A stretch of DNA of 53,421 bases, counting the filler, from Squatina squatina (lineage: Eukaryota): assembly GCA_031763465.1 (NCBI GenBank). It is 2 parts of 2 records of this genome, joined end to end, with 100 filler letters (N's around TTAATTAATTAA, not from the genome) between each part and the next. Parts side by side here need not be neighbours in the genome. Positions count along the whole stretch, not along the records: positions 24,922 to 53,421 come from JARFOE010000115.1; 1 more part is not named here. One strand, 5' to 3'. Numbering within the stretch: position 1 is the stretch's first letter; the number at the start of each line of letters is the position of its first letter. This document shows positions 25,202-35,424 of the stretch, in pieces. Below the pieces are notes generated by a model. The model had not been told where the DNA came from. It saw only the letters and a program-made list of their open reading frames with translations, and did no database searches. The translations under genes were made by a program, and so were the position numbers.

Positions 25202-25988
25202 CAGGTTCATTTCTGAATGGTGCATAAACTGGCCCGTCATATATCCACTTTGGAATGAACCTCTCCTTGGTGACGTTGCTCTCATCAGTGGCATGTGTCT
25301 CCTTTCTCTGTAGTCTCTCCTCGGAGACAATTCTCTTCTTGGGGAGAGGTCTTTCACAGGGGAGAGCTGCCTTGGCGAAGGAATCTCTCTTCTTGGAAGA
25401 AAGTGTCTCCGCGGGGAAACGTCTCTCCTCGGAGACAACTCGCTCAGATAGGTTTCCCTCTTTGGCGATCGGTGTCTTATTGGCGACATCTCTCTTCTTG
25501 GAGACAGGTGCCGTCTGGGTGAAAGGTCTCTCCTCGGCGACAAGTACCGCCGTGAAGTTGGCGACGCGTCTCTTCCCGGAGAGCTGTCATAGCCTGGCGA
25601 CGGTTGCGTACTTGAACCTGTATCTCCTGAGGGGGACACTTCTCTGGAACTATCCTCTTTAGAAGATGCGTCTTCGGTTTGTGGTAGCCACACATTTGCT
25701 GAAGTGGGTATGTCTAGTCTATCTTTGCACTCAACCGATTCTGTCAATCTGTTATGTAAATTTCTCTGATAGTCCGTTAGTGGAGTCCCTGCATGAGAAT
25801 AACTGGGTGGCATTAGCTGAGTTACTTGAATTCTAGGAAGCGTCACCAAGTAACTAATCAGGGAAGACTGATTGTTTGAGTGCGAAATGTCAAATGCAGA
25901 GGGCGATGCCATGCTAAAAGTGACAGAGGAATCAGGCTCAGACCCGATTGTGAATGGATGTACCACCCTCTTTTGACATTTCAGATCG
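25202..25988 (-). CDS. HIVEP2: HIVEP2-like (Schnurri-2) downstream exon with SPxR repeats, 5' end lost in gap
   Basis: [51 protein letters not shown] is colinear with vertebrate HIVEP2. Donor CTG|GTGAGT at 25202/25201. The frame is open up to the gap. Confidence 0.88.
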
Positions 25989-26088
25989 NNNNNNNNNNNN
26001 NNNNNNNNNNNNNNNNNNNNNNNNNNNNNNNNNNNNNNNNNNNNNNNNNNNNNNNNNNNNNNNNNNNNNNNNNNNNNNNNNNNNNNNN

Positions 26089-26220
26089 TGTTAGGGAAGG
26101 AGTTCCAGGATTTTGGCCCAGCGACGATGAAGGAACGGCGCTATATTTCCAAATCAGGATGGTGTGTAACATGGGGGGGAACTTGAAGGTGATGGTGTCC
26201 CCATGTGCCTGCTGCCCTTG
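26089..26220 (-). mobile_element. L2/CR1-group LINE 3' fragment
   Basis: Reverse complement AGGGCAGCAGGCACATGGGGACACCATCACC..CCCAAAATCCTGGAACTCCTTCCCTAACA overlaps the family at 10898. Confidence 0.6.
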
Positions 26221-26299
26221 ATTTACATTTAAGAGGACCAACTTTATGTGCTTCAGAAGTCTTGTTCGAGCGGGCCTCGAAGGTTTGAATATGGCTGAG

Positions 26300-26880
26300 A
26301 GCAGAGGGACTATTGAATTCCTTCAAAGAGGTGATTCTCAATGCAATGAACTATTTCGTACTCATGCAAAGCAACGGTACTAATATTAAAAGCTCTCCTG
26401 CTTGTTTGACTGGTACTAATAAGCAAGTCATAAAGAAGGAAGAAAAAACATTTAAGGCCCTAAAGGAAGACGACACAGAATTAAGATGGATTCAATAACA
26501 AAAGCCATACCTGGAGTCCAAAAAGGGCATCAAAATGGTCAAGACAATTTTTTGAATTGAGATGTGACAGATAATGATTTTACTTAGTTATATTAAGAGA
26601 ACAGGAAAATGAGAGATGGAGTGAGGCCACAGAAAGCGGGGTCGGGTGAGGTCATGACAACTGGTGCTAAATAAGTTCTTTGCTTTAGTCTTTACCCAGG
26701 AGGAGACAGGTAATTGATTTTATCTGGCAAGGGAATTGGAGGGTAAGCTGTAACACTAATCACTTTACTACCAGCATGGTTGTCGAACATCTGTGCAGCT
26801 TTAAGATAAATAAATCTCAGGGGCCGGATAAGATGCCTCCAAGGATTCTTAAAGAAATAAGGGAGAAAGAAGTTAGCACT
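26300..26880 (+). mobile_element. highly decayed CR1 ORF2 linker region
   Basis: Remnants FKEVIL..VIKKEEKTFK, DGVRP, TTGAK*VLCFSLYPGG and LKINKSQGPDKMPPRILKE (the CR1 KSPGPD..PRVLKE motif). Confidence 0.55.
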
Positions 26881-27990
26881 GGCTTTGCAAGTCTGGTACT
26901 TTTAATCTTTATCAAATTGCCCAGGTAAAAATAGAGATTGAGAAGATGATCAAAAGTATTGGAACCTAAGCCATTTGATTTTCCTAGGCTTGGCCATCAG
27001 TTTTGTAATTGAGGAAATCTCATGGATGTTTTAACCTCATGAATTTAATTTAGTAGGAGTAGCTACTCTTGGCCTCTGGCTTGGTGTCTGGTACGAGGTA
27101 TAGCATTATTCGTGTTAAAATGCTAATTATTTGATTCTTGTTGTTTATGAAGAAGCCAGTATACTTATAAGGCTTCAAGGACTTTGGAATTGTCTTTTGA
27201 GTGGGCAATTCACTTTGAATGTGGTATTACAATGTTTTTGCCACTTTAGGGTTGGAATTAAACTCAACAAAAGTTTGGGATTACCTAACCTCCCATTTTC
27301 TACCATTCAGCCCCATGTAACTCAAGCATATGTTTGATTACACCGTTTGAATTTTAAATGCTCAACTGTTTTTGCAACCATTACATGGAATCTACGATGC
27401 TACATATGGCTGTGATGGTGCTACGTCCTTTGTTCTACAAGTGTGTGATCTTGGAAAAGCTAAAATTTCTTCCATTAACTGGAAGAGCTCAGTTCCAACT
27501 TGACAACCCTCTGTAAATGATTCAATAACAGTGGCCCTTCTTAATTATCCACCAGGTTGCCTCTGTTATTGTCAACCTCACCTTATAATATAACGTCATT
27601 TAATCAGAAGATTAATCATCCTGCTCTTAATGGCTAATTTAGCTAAACCTTCCTTCACTTTTACTGCTGAATTATGAAACTCAATTCCAGTCAAGAGAAG
27701 ATTATCTTCAAATCTACAAACCTCTAAGTAAAACTTAAAATTTCTCCCACGGTAAGTAAATTGTTACAGTCATTACTGTTCAAGGGGTTTAATCTGTGGT
27801 GCTCTTATTCCATGTATATCACTTTATTCCATACATTTGTGTTGTCTTTTCCTCCCACTGTCATGACTCCACTTCTTACACTTTTCCGTCATCTTGTCAG
27901 TAGGGTTTGCCTAGCCTCGTGGACAAATAAGTCATTTTGAATAACTGTAATTGTTTAAAATTGTTTAAAAAATCCATGGGGATTTCTTAC

Positions 27991-30900
27991 CTGAGCTAAT
28001 CGTTGCTTCCAACTGTTGGAGGCCACAAGCTTTCCGGAACTGGGCCAGCTAACTGCGGACATGATGTATATCTCTCTGCTCGCCTTCTGCTTGGATCGCA
28101 AGAGGGCCAAGGCTACTTTGGTGGCGGTCCCAGGTGGGTTGGGGTTGTACGAGCTGATGCACCAAGTGGCGTACATGGAGGATTTGGGAGCCGACTGCCG
28201 GGCATGGTTGGGCTTGATGTAGTTCAGGAAGCACCAGCTGACACTGGTGGACGTGCGGAGGCTGGGGAACTGCAGGAACTGCTGAAGGTCAGCCATGTCC
28301 GTCAGGAGGATGGTGCGTCCCACCGCCGTCCCACCTTGGCTCGCGGGCACCTGGACCAGCATGCTGATGGGGAACTTCTGGACCTGCTGGGCCTGAGGGT
28401 CCGAGGCGGCTTCGCCTGGCGAGGGTGGAGCCCTCTGGGGGCTTTNNNNNNNNNNNNNNNNNNNNNNNNNNNNNNNNNNNNNNNNNNNNNNNNNNNNNNN
28501 NNNNNNNNNNNNNNNNNNNNNNNNNNNNNNNNNNNNNNNNNNNNNNNNNNNNNNNNNNNNNNNNNNNNNNNNNNNNNNNNNNNNNNNNNNNNNNNNNNNN
28601 NNNNNNNNNNNNNNNNNNNNNNNNNNNNNNNNNNNNNNNNNNNNNNNNNNNNNNNNNNNNNNNNNNNNNNNNNNNNNNNNNNNNNNNNNNNNNNNNNNNN
28701 NNNNNNNNNNNNNNNNNNNNNNNNNNNNNNNNNNNNNNNNNNNNNNNNNNNNNNNNNNNNNNNNNNNNNNNNNNNNNNNNNNNNNNNNNNNNNNNNNNNN
28801 NNNNNNNNNNNNNNNNNNNNNNNNNNNNNNNNNNNNNNNNNNNNNNNNNNNNNNNNNNNNNNNNNNNNNNNNNNNNNNNNNNNNNNNNNNNNNNNNNNNN
28901 NNNNNNNNNNNNNNNNNNNNNNNNNNNNNNNNNNNNNNNNNNNNNNNNNNNNNNNNNNNNNNNNNNNNNNNNNNNNNNNNNNNNNNNNNNNNNNNNNNNN
29001 NNNNNNNNNNNNNNNNNNNNNNNNNNNNNNNNNNNNNNNNNNNNNNNNNNNNNNNNNNNNNNNNNNNNNNNNNNNNNNNNNNNNNNNNNNNNNNNNNNNN
29101 NNNNNNNNNNNNNNNNNNNNNNNNNNNNNNNNNNNNNNNNNNNNNNNNNNNNNNNNNNNNNNNNAGTCCATAGCTTGGTGAGAAAGGCGGGCACGTTACT
29201 GCCGTGCGCGTCCATCCGGAGGACCAACACAGGCCGCGAGCCGATGGCGCCCTGTCAGCCTGGGGAGGGAGGGAGGAAGGCGGCGTCTGCTGCTGCTGCT
29301 GCTGCTGGTGGTGGTGGTAGTGGTGCCACGGCTGGTGGTGGTCCGGAGGCTGCGTGGCGTCACCGGGCGACGGGCAAGCTGCCTTGCGCCCGTCCTCTGA
29401 CACCATGGGAGATGGCGAGCGGTGGCGTGGGCCGCGGGCGTTGGGCGGGCACCCCTGCCCGAGCTGCATCTGCTCCTGGCCCGGATCCTGGCCCGGCTCC
29501 GGCTCCAGCGGGGGATTTTCCGAATACTGGCTGAGGGACGCCTGGCGAACCAGGAAGCACCTCCTTCTCTCCTTGGCGACAGGCGAGGGGGCTCGCGGCG
29601 GCGGCGGCAACACCCCCGCTGGGCACGGGCCTCCCGACAGGCTCCCGTAGTCGAAGGATTTGCTCCGCGACTCCGCCATCTCCACGCAGGGCTGGCACGG
29701 CGCCTGTTCCGACGCGGATCGCCGCATCTCCTTCTGTTGGTGGCTGAGCAGGCTGAGCGTGCTGATCCCGTAGGGCACCGTCAGGTACTCCGCCGCCCTA
29801 CCAAAGTCCTCCGTCTTGGCGGCGCCCGCGGGTTTCGTGGCCTCCTCCCTCTCTAGCGACAGCGAGAAGCTCGAGCTGTGGGACCAGTTGCTCTCCTGGC
29901 TGGGGCTCCGGGACAGAGGGCCGGACTCGAAGCTGGACTCCCCGGACGAGTACTCCAGGTCCGCCAGGCGCAGCCGCTTCTTCTTGGGCGGCAGCTTCTC
30001 CGCCGGCAGCTGGGAGAGCGTCTCGCTCCGTTGAGGCCACTGGAACTCCTCGGCCATTTTCTCCGGCTCCTTCATGGGCGCCTCCCGCTCCTTGTCGGGC
30101 TCCTCGGTGACGCGGATCTCGGGCACCTGTATGTTGTGCTGGCGGACGAGCGTGGGCTGCAGCTGGGGCTGAGGTGGCAGCGAGGCAGGAGNNNNNNNNN
30201 NNNNNNNNNNNNNNNNNNNNNNNNNNNNNNNNNNNNNNNNNNNNNNNNNNNNNNNNNNNNNNNNNNNNNNNNNNNNNNNNNNNNNNNNNNNNNNNNNNNN
30301 NNNNNNNNNNNNNNNNNNNNNNNNNNNNNNNNNNNNNNNNNNNNNNNNNNNNNNNNNNNNNNNNNNNNNNNNNNNNNNNNNNNNNNNNNNNNNNNNNNNN
30401 NNNNNNNNNNNNNNNNNNNNNNNNNNNNNNNNNNNNNNNNNNNNNNNNNNNNNNNNNNNNNNNNNNNNNNNNNNNNNNNNNNNNNNNNNNNNNNNNNNNN
30501 NNNNNNNNNNNNNNNNNNNNNNNNNNNNNNNNNNNNNNNNNNNNNNNNNNNNNNNNNNNNNNNNNNNNNNNNNNNNNNNNNNNNNNNNNNNNNNNNNNNN
30601 NNNNNNNNNNNNNNNNNNNNNNNNNNNNNNNNNNNNNNNNNNNNNNNNNNNNNNNNNNNNNNNNNNNNNNNNNNNNNNNNNNNNNNNNNNNNNNNNNNNN
30701 NNNNNNNNNNNNNNNNNNNNNNNNNNNNNNNNNNNNNNNNNNNNNNNNNNNNNNNNNNNNNNNNNNNNNNNNNNNNNNNNNNNNNNNNNNNNNNNNNNNN
30801 NNNNNNNNNNNNNNNNNNNNCGACTGATTTGCTGCATGCTCTGTGAGTGCGCCCCGTATTCAGGGCAAATGTCGCCAGCAGATTTAAGGACCATGGTCTT

Positions 30901-32856
30901 TATTCTGGGTGCATGCGGCTGCGAGCAGTAGAACTTTCTGTGGGCTTCGAAGTTGTCCCATATTTGGTACTTGATTCCGCATATTTCGCACTCGTACACC
31001 GAGCCTTTCCCGGTCAGTGCCTTCCTCACCAGGGTCGAGGGGTCACCTTCGCCCGTCTCCCCCTCTTCCAACTTGGCGGTCACCACCTGAGTGCTCTTAA
31101 GGAGGCCGTACCCCTGCTCCAAGTCATCGGAGGGGAAACCCGCCAGCGGATGCCCCTCGATCCCGGAGAATAACTCGATGGCGGTCTGCCTTTTCAGCAT
31201 GCGTTGGTGGGGCAGCACGACCGAACCGGAGTGAAAGACGTTGTCGGAAGCGGTCATCCGCTCGTCGAAGGAGTGGCTTCCTCGCAGCACCTGAGGTAGG
31301 CCGAGCCCATTCCCCGAGGATATCGGCATCGAGTTGCTTCTGATTAGTGGTGCACTGTCGGACAGATCTGAAGGGACGGCCAGGAGTGCCTTCTCAGCTG
31401 ACATCAGGGTCTCGCCAACATTACCACATAGGGAGCTGACACAGTATGTTTTTGGCTCACTCCCGGGAGGCCCCATCAGCATTTGATGTTTTTGCAACTC
31501 GTTACTGTCACCCCGGCACAGGGAAAACTTCCTGGGCTTGACAGTGTTCAGTTGACTCGGGTCAACTAACACCTCATTGTGCGTGATCAGCTGAATGATA
31601 TGTTCCTCAATGAGCTTCTCAATGTCTGGTTTCGAGCTGGAGATGGGTACCGAGCTGCCCTTGTCCTTGAAGCCCATCAGGTGAGGCTCCTGGGACGCCA
31701 TGTTAGCTGCCAGAGACCTTGGAGCAAGCCGTGCAAATTTCCCAAATATGATTTCGGCGTACGACTTGGCGTTTGTGTTGGGTGGGCTTATCTGTTGCTC
31801 GGCACTCTCGGAGCGGGAGAAGTAGCCGGAGTCCGTGCTGCCCTTACTGTGAGGGCTTAAAAGGTTCAGGGACTGCTCACTGTCCTGCCCTCGCTTCTCA
31901 CTCAACCTTAGTGCAAGTCTTTGCTTGATAGTGTGTGGTTCGCCATAGTTCCGGACCACACCCGGGCTTTGAGGGGGTTCGGTTTTGATGAACTGTGGGC
32001 TTTCGGTTTGAGTCTTAACTCCGCCTTTGGGGACAATCAGGATGGGCACTTTCATCGGCCCGGCCGAAGGCTCCTCACCGAACACATCGGAGTCGGAGCT
32101 GTACTTCTGACTGCTCTTGCTCATCATGCTTCTGTCGGCCTTGGGCGAGCGGCACGGAGTGAACTTCACGTCCTCGGCGACATCTGACTCTGCCGCCACC
32201 CGCGAGGGCGACCCCCTGTCGACGCAGATCTCCTCGTCCGTGTCGNNNNNNNNNNNNNNNNNNNNNNNNNNNNAGTGGAGCTCGGGCTCCTCGCCGGCGC
32301 CCGCCGGCTCGGCGTCCAAGCGGCAGGCGGCCTCGGCCACGCTCACCAGGCCGGCTTTGATGGCGTGGGCGTGGGACTTGCGGTGCTTGTACAGGTTGCT
32401 CTTGGTCTTGAAGGAGAAGCCGCAGGGGATGCAAGGGTAAGGCCGCTCGCCGGTGTGCGAGCGGATATGCTTCTTCAGAACGCTGGGCTTGGCGCACGCC
32501 CGACCGCAGTACTGGCAGATGTGCTTGCCGGGCTTCTTGGGCTTCTTCTCTTTCCGTAGCGCCTCTTCCCGCTGGCTGAGGAGCGCCTGGGAGTAGTGGC
32601 GGTAGCCGGGCGAGGGAGGGGCCGACAGCTTCTTGCCGAGCGCTGCTGCCCCGGCGTGGTGGGGGCGAGGCTGGAGGGGGAGGAAAACCTCCGGCGGCCC
32701 GGGCTCCAGCTGGCTGGCAAACGGCCAGGGGCGCCCGTCGCTGCCCGGCTCCGGGGTGGAAGCGGGCGGGTAGCTGGCGGGCCCGGCCTGGCGGGGAAAG
32801 TGCGAGAAGGAGGGGACGTAGCGGTAGGGGCCACCCAGGAGGTGGTGGTGCTGGCT
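27991..32856 (-). CDS. HIVEP2: HIVEP2-like (Schnurri/ZAS family) large exon, three internal gaps, start codon missing
   Basis: One frame runs from the stop at 32857-32859 to the donor CAG|GTAAG at 27991. It contains [139 protein letters not shown] and [14 protein letters not shown]. The family is certain. The HIVEP2 versus HIVEP3 call is from remembered sequence. Confidence 0.93.
29165..29215 (-). CDS. heat shock factor (HSF1-like) N-terminus, 17 codons, truncated by gap
   Basis: ATG GAC GCG CAC GGC AGT AAC GTG CCC GCC TTT CTC ACC AAG CTA TGG ACT = [29 protein letters not shown] is the conserved start of the HSF DNA-binding domain. Confidence 0.8.
29288..29341 (-). repeat. (CAC)n/(CAG)n tract encoding poly-His/poly-Gln in the HIVEP frame
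   Basis: [18 protein letters not shown]. Confidence 0.8.
30925..30996 (-). other. HIVEP-type C2HC zinc finger within the large exon
   Basis: [24 protein letters not shown] = C-x2-C-x12-H-x4-C. Confidence 0.85.
32365..32523 (-). other. N-terminal C2H2 zinc-finger pair (ZAS-N), upstream of the ORF-track start
   Basis: In frame with the 1463-aa ORF: [53 protein letters not shown]. Confidence 0.92.
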
Positions 32857-32859
32857 TCA

Positions 32860-33255
32860 CCATTGGTAATGCCATTGAATGTCAAGCGGCGGTGGTTAGA
32901 ATGTCGCTTGTTGGAGATTGTCATTTCATGGCACATGTGTGGTGCACGTGTCATTTGCCATTTATCAGCCCAAAACAGAAAGTCGCCCAAGTCTAGATGT
33001 ATGAGTGCATGGACTATTTCATTATCTGAGGAGTTGCGAATGGCTCTGAAAACTGTGCGGTGTTCAGCGAACATCCCCACTTCGGATCTTATAATGCAGA
33101 GATGGGCATTGATGAAGCAGTTCAAGATGGTTGGGCCCGGTACACTGCCCTTAAGAGCTCCTGCAGCAATGAACGGGGGCTTGGATGATTGAGCTACAAC
33201 AAGACTGATGGGGTGGTAATTGGCCGGAATGGATTTGTGCTGCTTTTTATGGACA
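32860..33255 (-). mobile_element. L2/CR1-group LINE reverse-transcriptase fragment abutting the HIVEP frame
   Basis: KGSVPGPTILNCFIN..IIRSEVGMFAE..WADKWQM..PHMCHEMTISNKR..LTFNGIT is colinear with the plus-strand copy at 52358-52740. Confidence 0.85.
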
Positions 33256-33643
33256 NNNNNNNNNNNNNNNNNNNNNNNNNNNNNNNNNNNNNNNNNNNNN
33301 NNNNNNNNNNNNNNNNNNNNNNNNNNNNNNNNNNNNNNNNNNNNNNNNNNNNNNNTGGATCGCTGGAGTGCTTACTCTGTCTGTTTTCCAGCAACATAAT
33401 TCACTCCATTAGAGACCTGTGTGGCCTCCAAGTACAACTGCTTCAGTGCCAATTCCAAAATGGCAACCTTGGCAACATGACAAAGCTAGCGACCATGGAA
33501 ACAAGACCAAATGCAGCGTTCAAGGCAACCTGTAAACTCTAAAGCACTGTCGATCAAGAGATTTTAATTATTGTATTTAATCTCCTTTTTTTAAAAAGAG
33601 CATAAATCCAAATTGGCTGACAAGCAAGCCTGCAACTCGTAAC

Positions 33644-33656
33644 TGACCTTTGACCT
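33644..33656 (-). promoter_or_regulatory. perfect DR1 nuclear-receptor element (AGGTCA-A-AGGTCA)
   Basis: TGACCTTTGACCT. Motif only, function untested. Confidence 0.35.
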
Positions 33657-33964
33657 CAACACAAGAGTGTCGTTCTGGGCCTCCTTGGCCAACTTCATGT
33701 TGAGAACCTCATGTGGATAAGGTCAATTGAATAAGCAATGTTCTCCATCAAGCAATTCATTGGTAATTTAACTGTTTGCATCAAACATCAAGTCAGGATG
33801 CATTGGATTTGTTTTAAAAACCAGGACAAGTGGGAAATTTTCATTGGAATGAGGAGAAATGGAAGAGAAGGCATTAATTTTGTTCCCCTATTTTCTGATC
33901 TCTTGGGCTCCTTAAAAAACAAATCCTCTTCATCTGCCTCTTAAGGAATGTCTTTTTTTTAAAA

Positions 33965-34056
33965 ACGCAGCAAGTTGTTGTGATCGGGAACGCGCTGCCT
34001 CAAAGGGCGGTGGAAACAGATTCAATAGTAACTTTCAAAAGGGAGTTGGATATATA
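33965..34056 (+). mobile_element. CR1 LINE 3' fragment
   Basis: VVIGNALPQRAVETDSIVTFKRELDIY. Confidence 0.7.
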
Positions 34057-34143
34057 CCGTAACTTTCCGAATAGAATACGCATTTCTTTTCCTCAAAAGT
34101 TATCTAGAAGTTGGGGTGCGTATTATACATTTAAAAATTTGTT
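34057..34143 (+). mobile_element. Tc1/mariner (Tc2-like) DNA transposon terminus inserted at TA in the CR1 fragment
   Basis: TA|CCGTAACTTTCCGAATAGAATACGCA..GGGGTGCGTATTATAC: CCGTA terminus with an internal TACGCA/TGCGTA inverted pair. Confidence 0.5.
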
Positions 34144-34639
34144 NNNNNNNNNNNNNNNNNNNNNNNNNNNNNNNNNNNNNNNNNNNNNNNNNNNNNNNNN
34201 NNNNNNNNNNNNNNNNNNNNNNNNNNNNNNNNNNNNNNNNNNNACACACTTGTAATTTAATTGTTGGGTTTTTCCTCCTCCCTGTTGAAACTCCAGAGGA
34301 TTCCCCTTCAAGTTTAAGATGGTGATCTTATAAACACTGGCAACAACAAAAATAATCTAAAAGGCAGGCCGTTTACCACAATTAAATTGTAAACTGGACA
34401 CACATACAACACACATTGCCCACCTGACACTGTGTCCTCCACTCCACACATAATGTGACTGATGGATTCTCCCTAGGGTAACTGGGCACCCTTCATCCTG
34501 GTCCTTTCACAAGACTGTGCATGCACATGCTCCGTCAAGTAAAGCCATTGCAACATTAAACTGTATTTCCCCCCTCTGTCACTCCTTAGACCAGATCATT
34601 ATATTTCTTACATCATCGGTTTTGGAAGCACCACCTGCC

Positions 34640-34815
34640 ATTCCATTGGCTGCCTTCCGGAACTAGAGGTGCCAATCAGGACCCTGGGCCGGCATTGGCT
34701 GAGTGGAGAGTGCCGACATGAAAGTGAGTGGGTCTCAGCTGGCTCCCTGCAGAAAGAGGTGGGTTTTTTTCTCTCTCTCTCTCCTCTTTCGAAGCAGGAA
34801 GAGGGGAGGCCATGA
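34640..34815. promoter_or_regulatory. candidate proximal promoter (three CCAAT boxes, ETS/STAT-like TTCCGGAA)
   Basis: ATTGG at 34645, CCAAT at 34672, ATTGG at 34694 and TTCCGGAA at ~34655-34662. A GAGGCCATG follows at ~34812. Confidence 0.35.
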
Positions 34816-34979
34816 GAGCGTTTCCTGTTGTGCAGCTCGAACAACGAAGGACGTCACTGCATTCAAACTCCCTCAGGGGTGTCAGCAGATACAGGGCAGA
34901 GTTCAATCGTTTCCAACATGCTCAGAGGAGAAGACACCGAGAGAATGATGCGGGGAATAAGGGGAGAGTCCGGGGCGGC

Positions 34980-35047
34980 AGAGAAACAGACACAGACAGA
35001 TAAAGAGGAAGAGATAGAGAGACAAAGAGAGAGAGAGAGACAGAGGA
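34980..35047. repeat. GA-rich microsatellite
   Basis: GAGAAACAGACACAGACAGA..GAGAGAGAGAGA running into the gap. Confidence 0.8.
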
Positions 35048-35147
35048 NNNNNNNNNNNNNNNNNNNNNNNNNNNNNNNNNNNNNNNNNNNNNNNNNNNNN
35101 NNNNNNNNNNNNNNNNNNNNNNNNNNNNNNNNNNNNNNNNNNNNNNN

Positions 35148-35330
35148 TCCCTCCCTAAACCTTTCTGCCTCTCTTTGATGCTCCTTAAAACCTACCTCTT
35201 TGATCAAGCTTTTGGTCATCTGTCCTGATATCTCCTTTTGTGACTCAGTGTCAATTTTTATTGATAAACACTCATGTTAAGTGCCTTGGAATATTTTGCT
35301 ACGTTAAAGGCACTGTAATGCAAGTTGTTA
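35148..35330 (+). mobile_element. L2-like LINE/SINE 3' tail
   Basis: CTCCTTAAAACCTACCTCTTTGATCAAGCTTTTGGTCA..CTACGTTAAAGGCACT..AATGCAAGTTGTT. A related tail is at ~25000-25085. Confidence 0.65.
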
Positions 35331-35424
35331 ATTTGTCTTGCATAATTAAGTTTACAAGTTTTATATGAGACCACCACCATAGCTTATTGTACCTTAGCAA
35401 CATTTTTCTCTTCCTCCTCCACCC

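Noticed and set aside
25300-25580. CRISPR-like or non-coding short repeat array
   Set aside because: Tandem coding SPxR units with no unique spacers, in a vertebrate context.
27955-27990. ORF-track C-terminus VRNPHGFFKQF*
   Set aside because: Intron read-through past the CAG|GTAAG donor at 27991.
26089-27990. Expected HIVEP exons for the second C2H2 pair (YVYVRGRGRGKYIC..)
   Set aside because: Looked for by eye and not found. Presumably lost in the 25989-26088 gap, so this is not evidence of exon loss.
28003-30846. Long plus-strand and alternate-frame ORFs overlapping HIVEP (392, 369, 322 aa etc.)
   Set aside because: Shadows of GC-rich coding sequence, inflated by N runs. No motifs apart from the HSF fragment.
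32344-32346. ORF-track start (GTG) of the 1463-aa HIVEP ORF
   Set aside because: Internal Val codon. The frame continues through the zinc-finger pair to 32856.
32475-33125. 216-aa ORF joining RT-like and Pro/Ser-rich sequence as a novel fusion protein
   Set aside because: Decayed LINE RT (catalytic DD lost: FAEH) running into the wrong frame of HIVEP.
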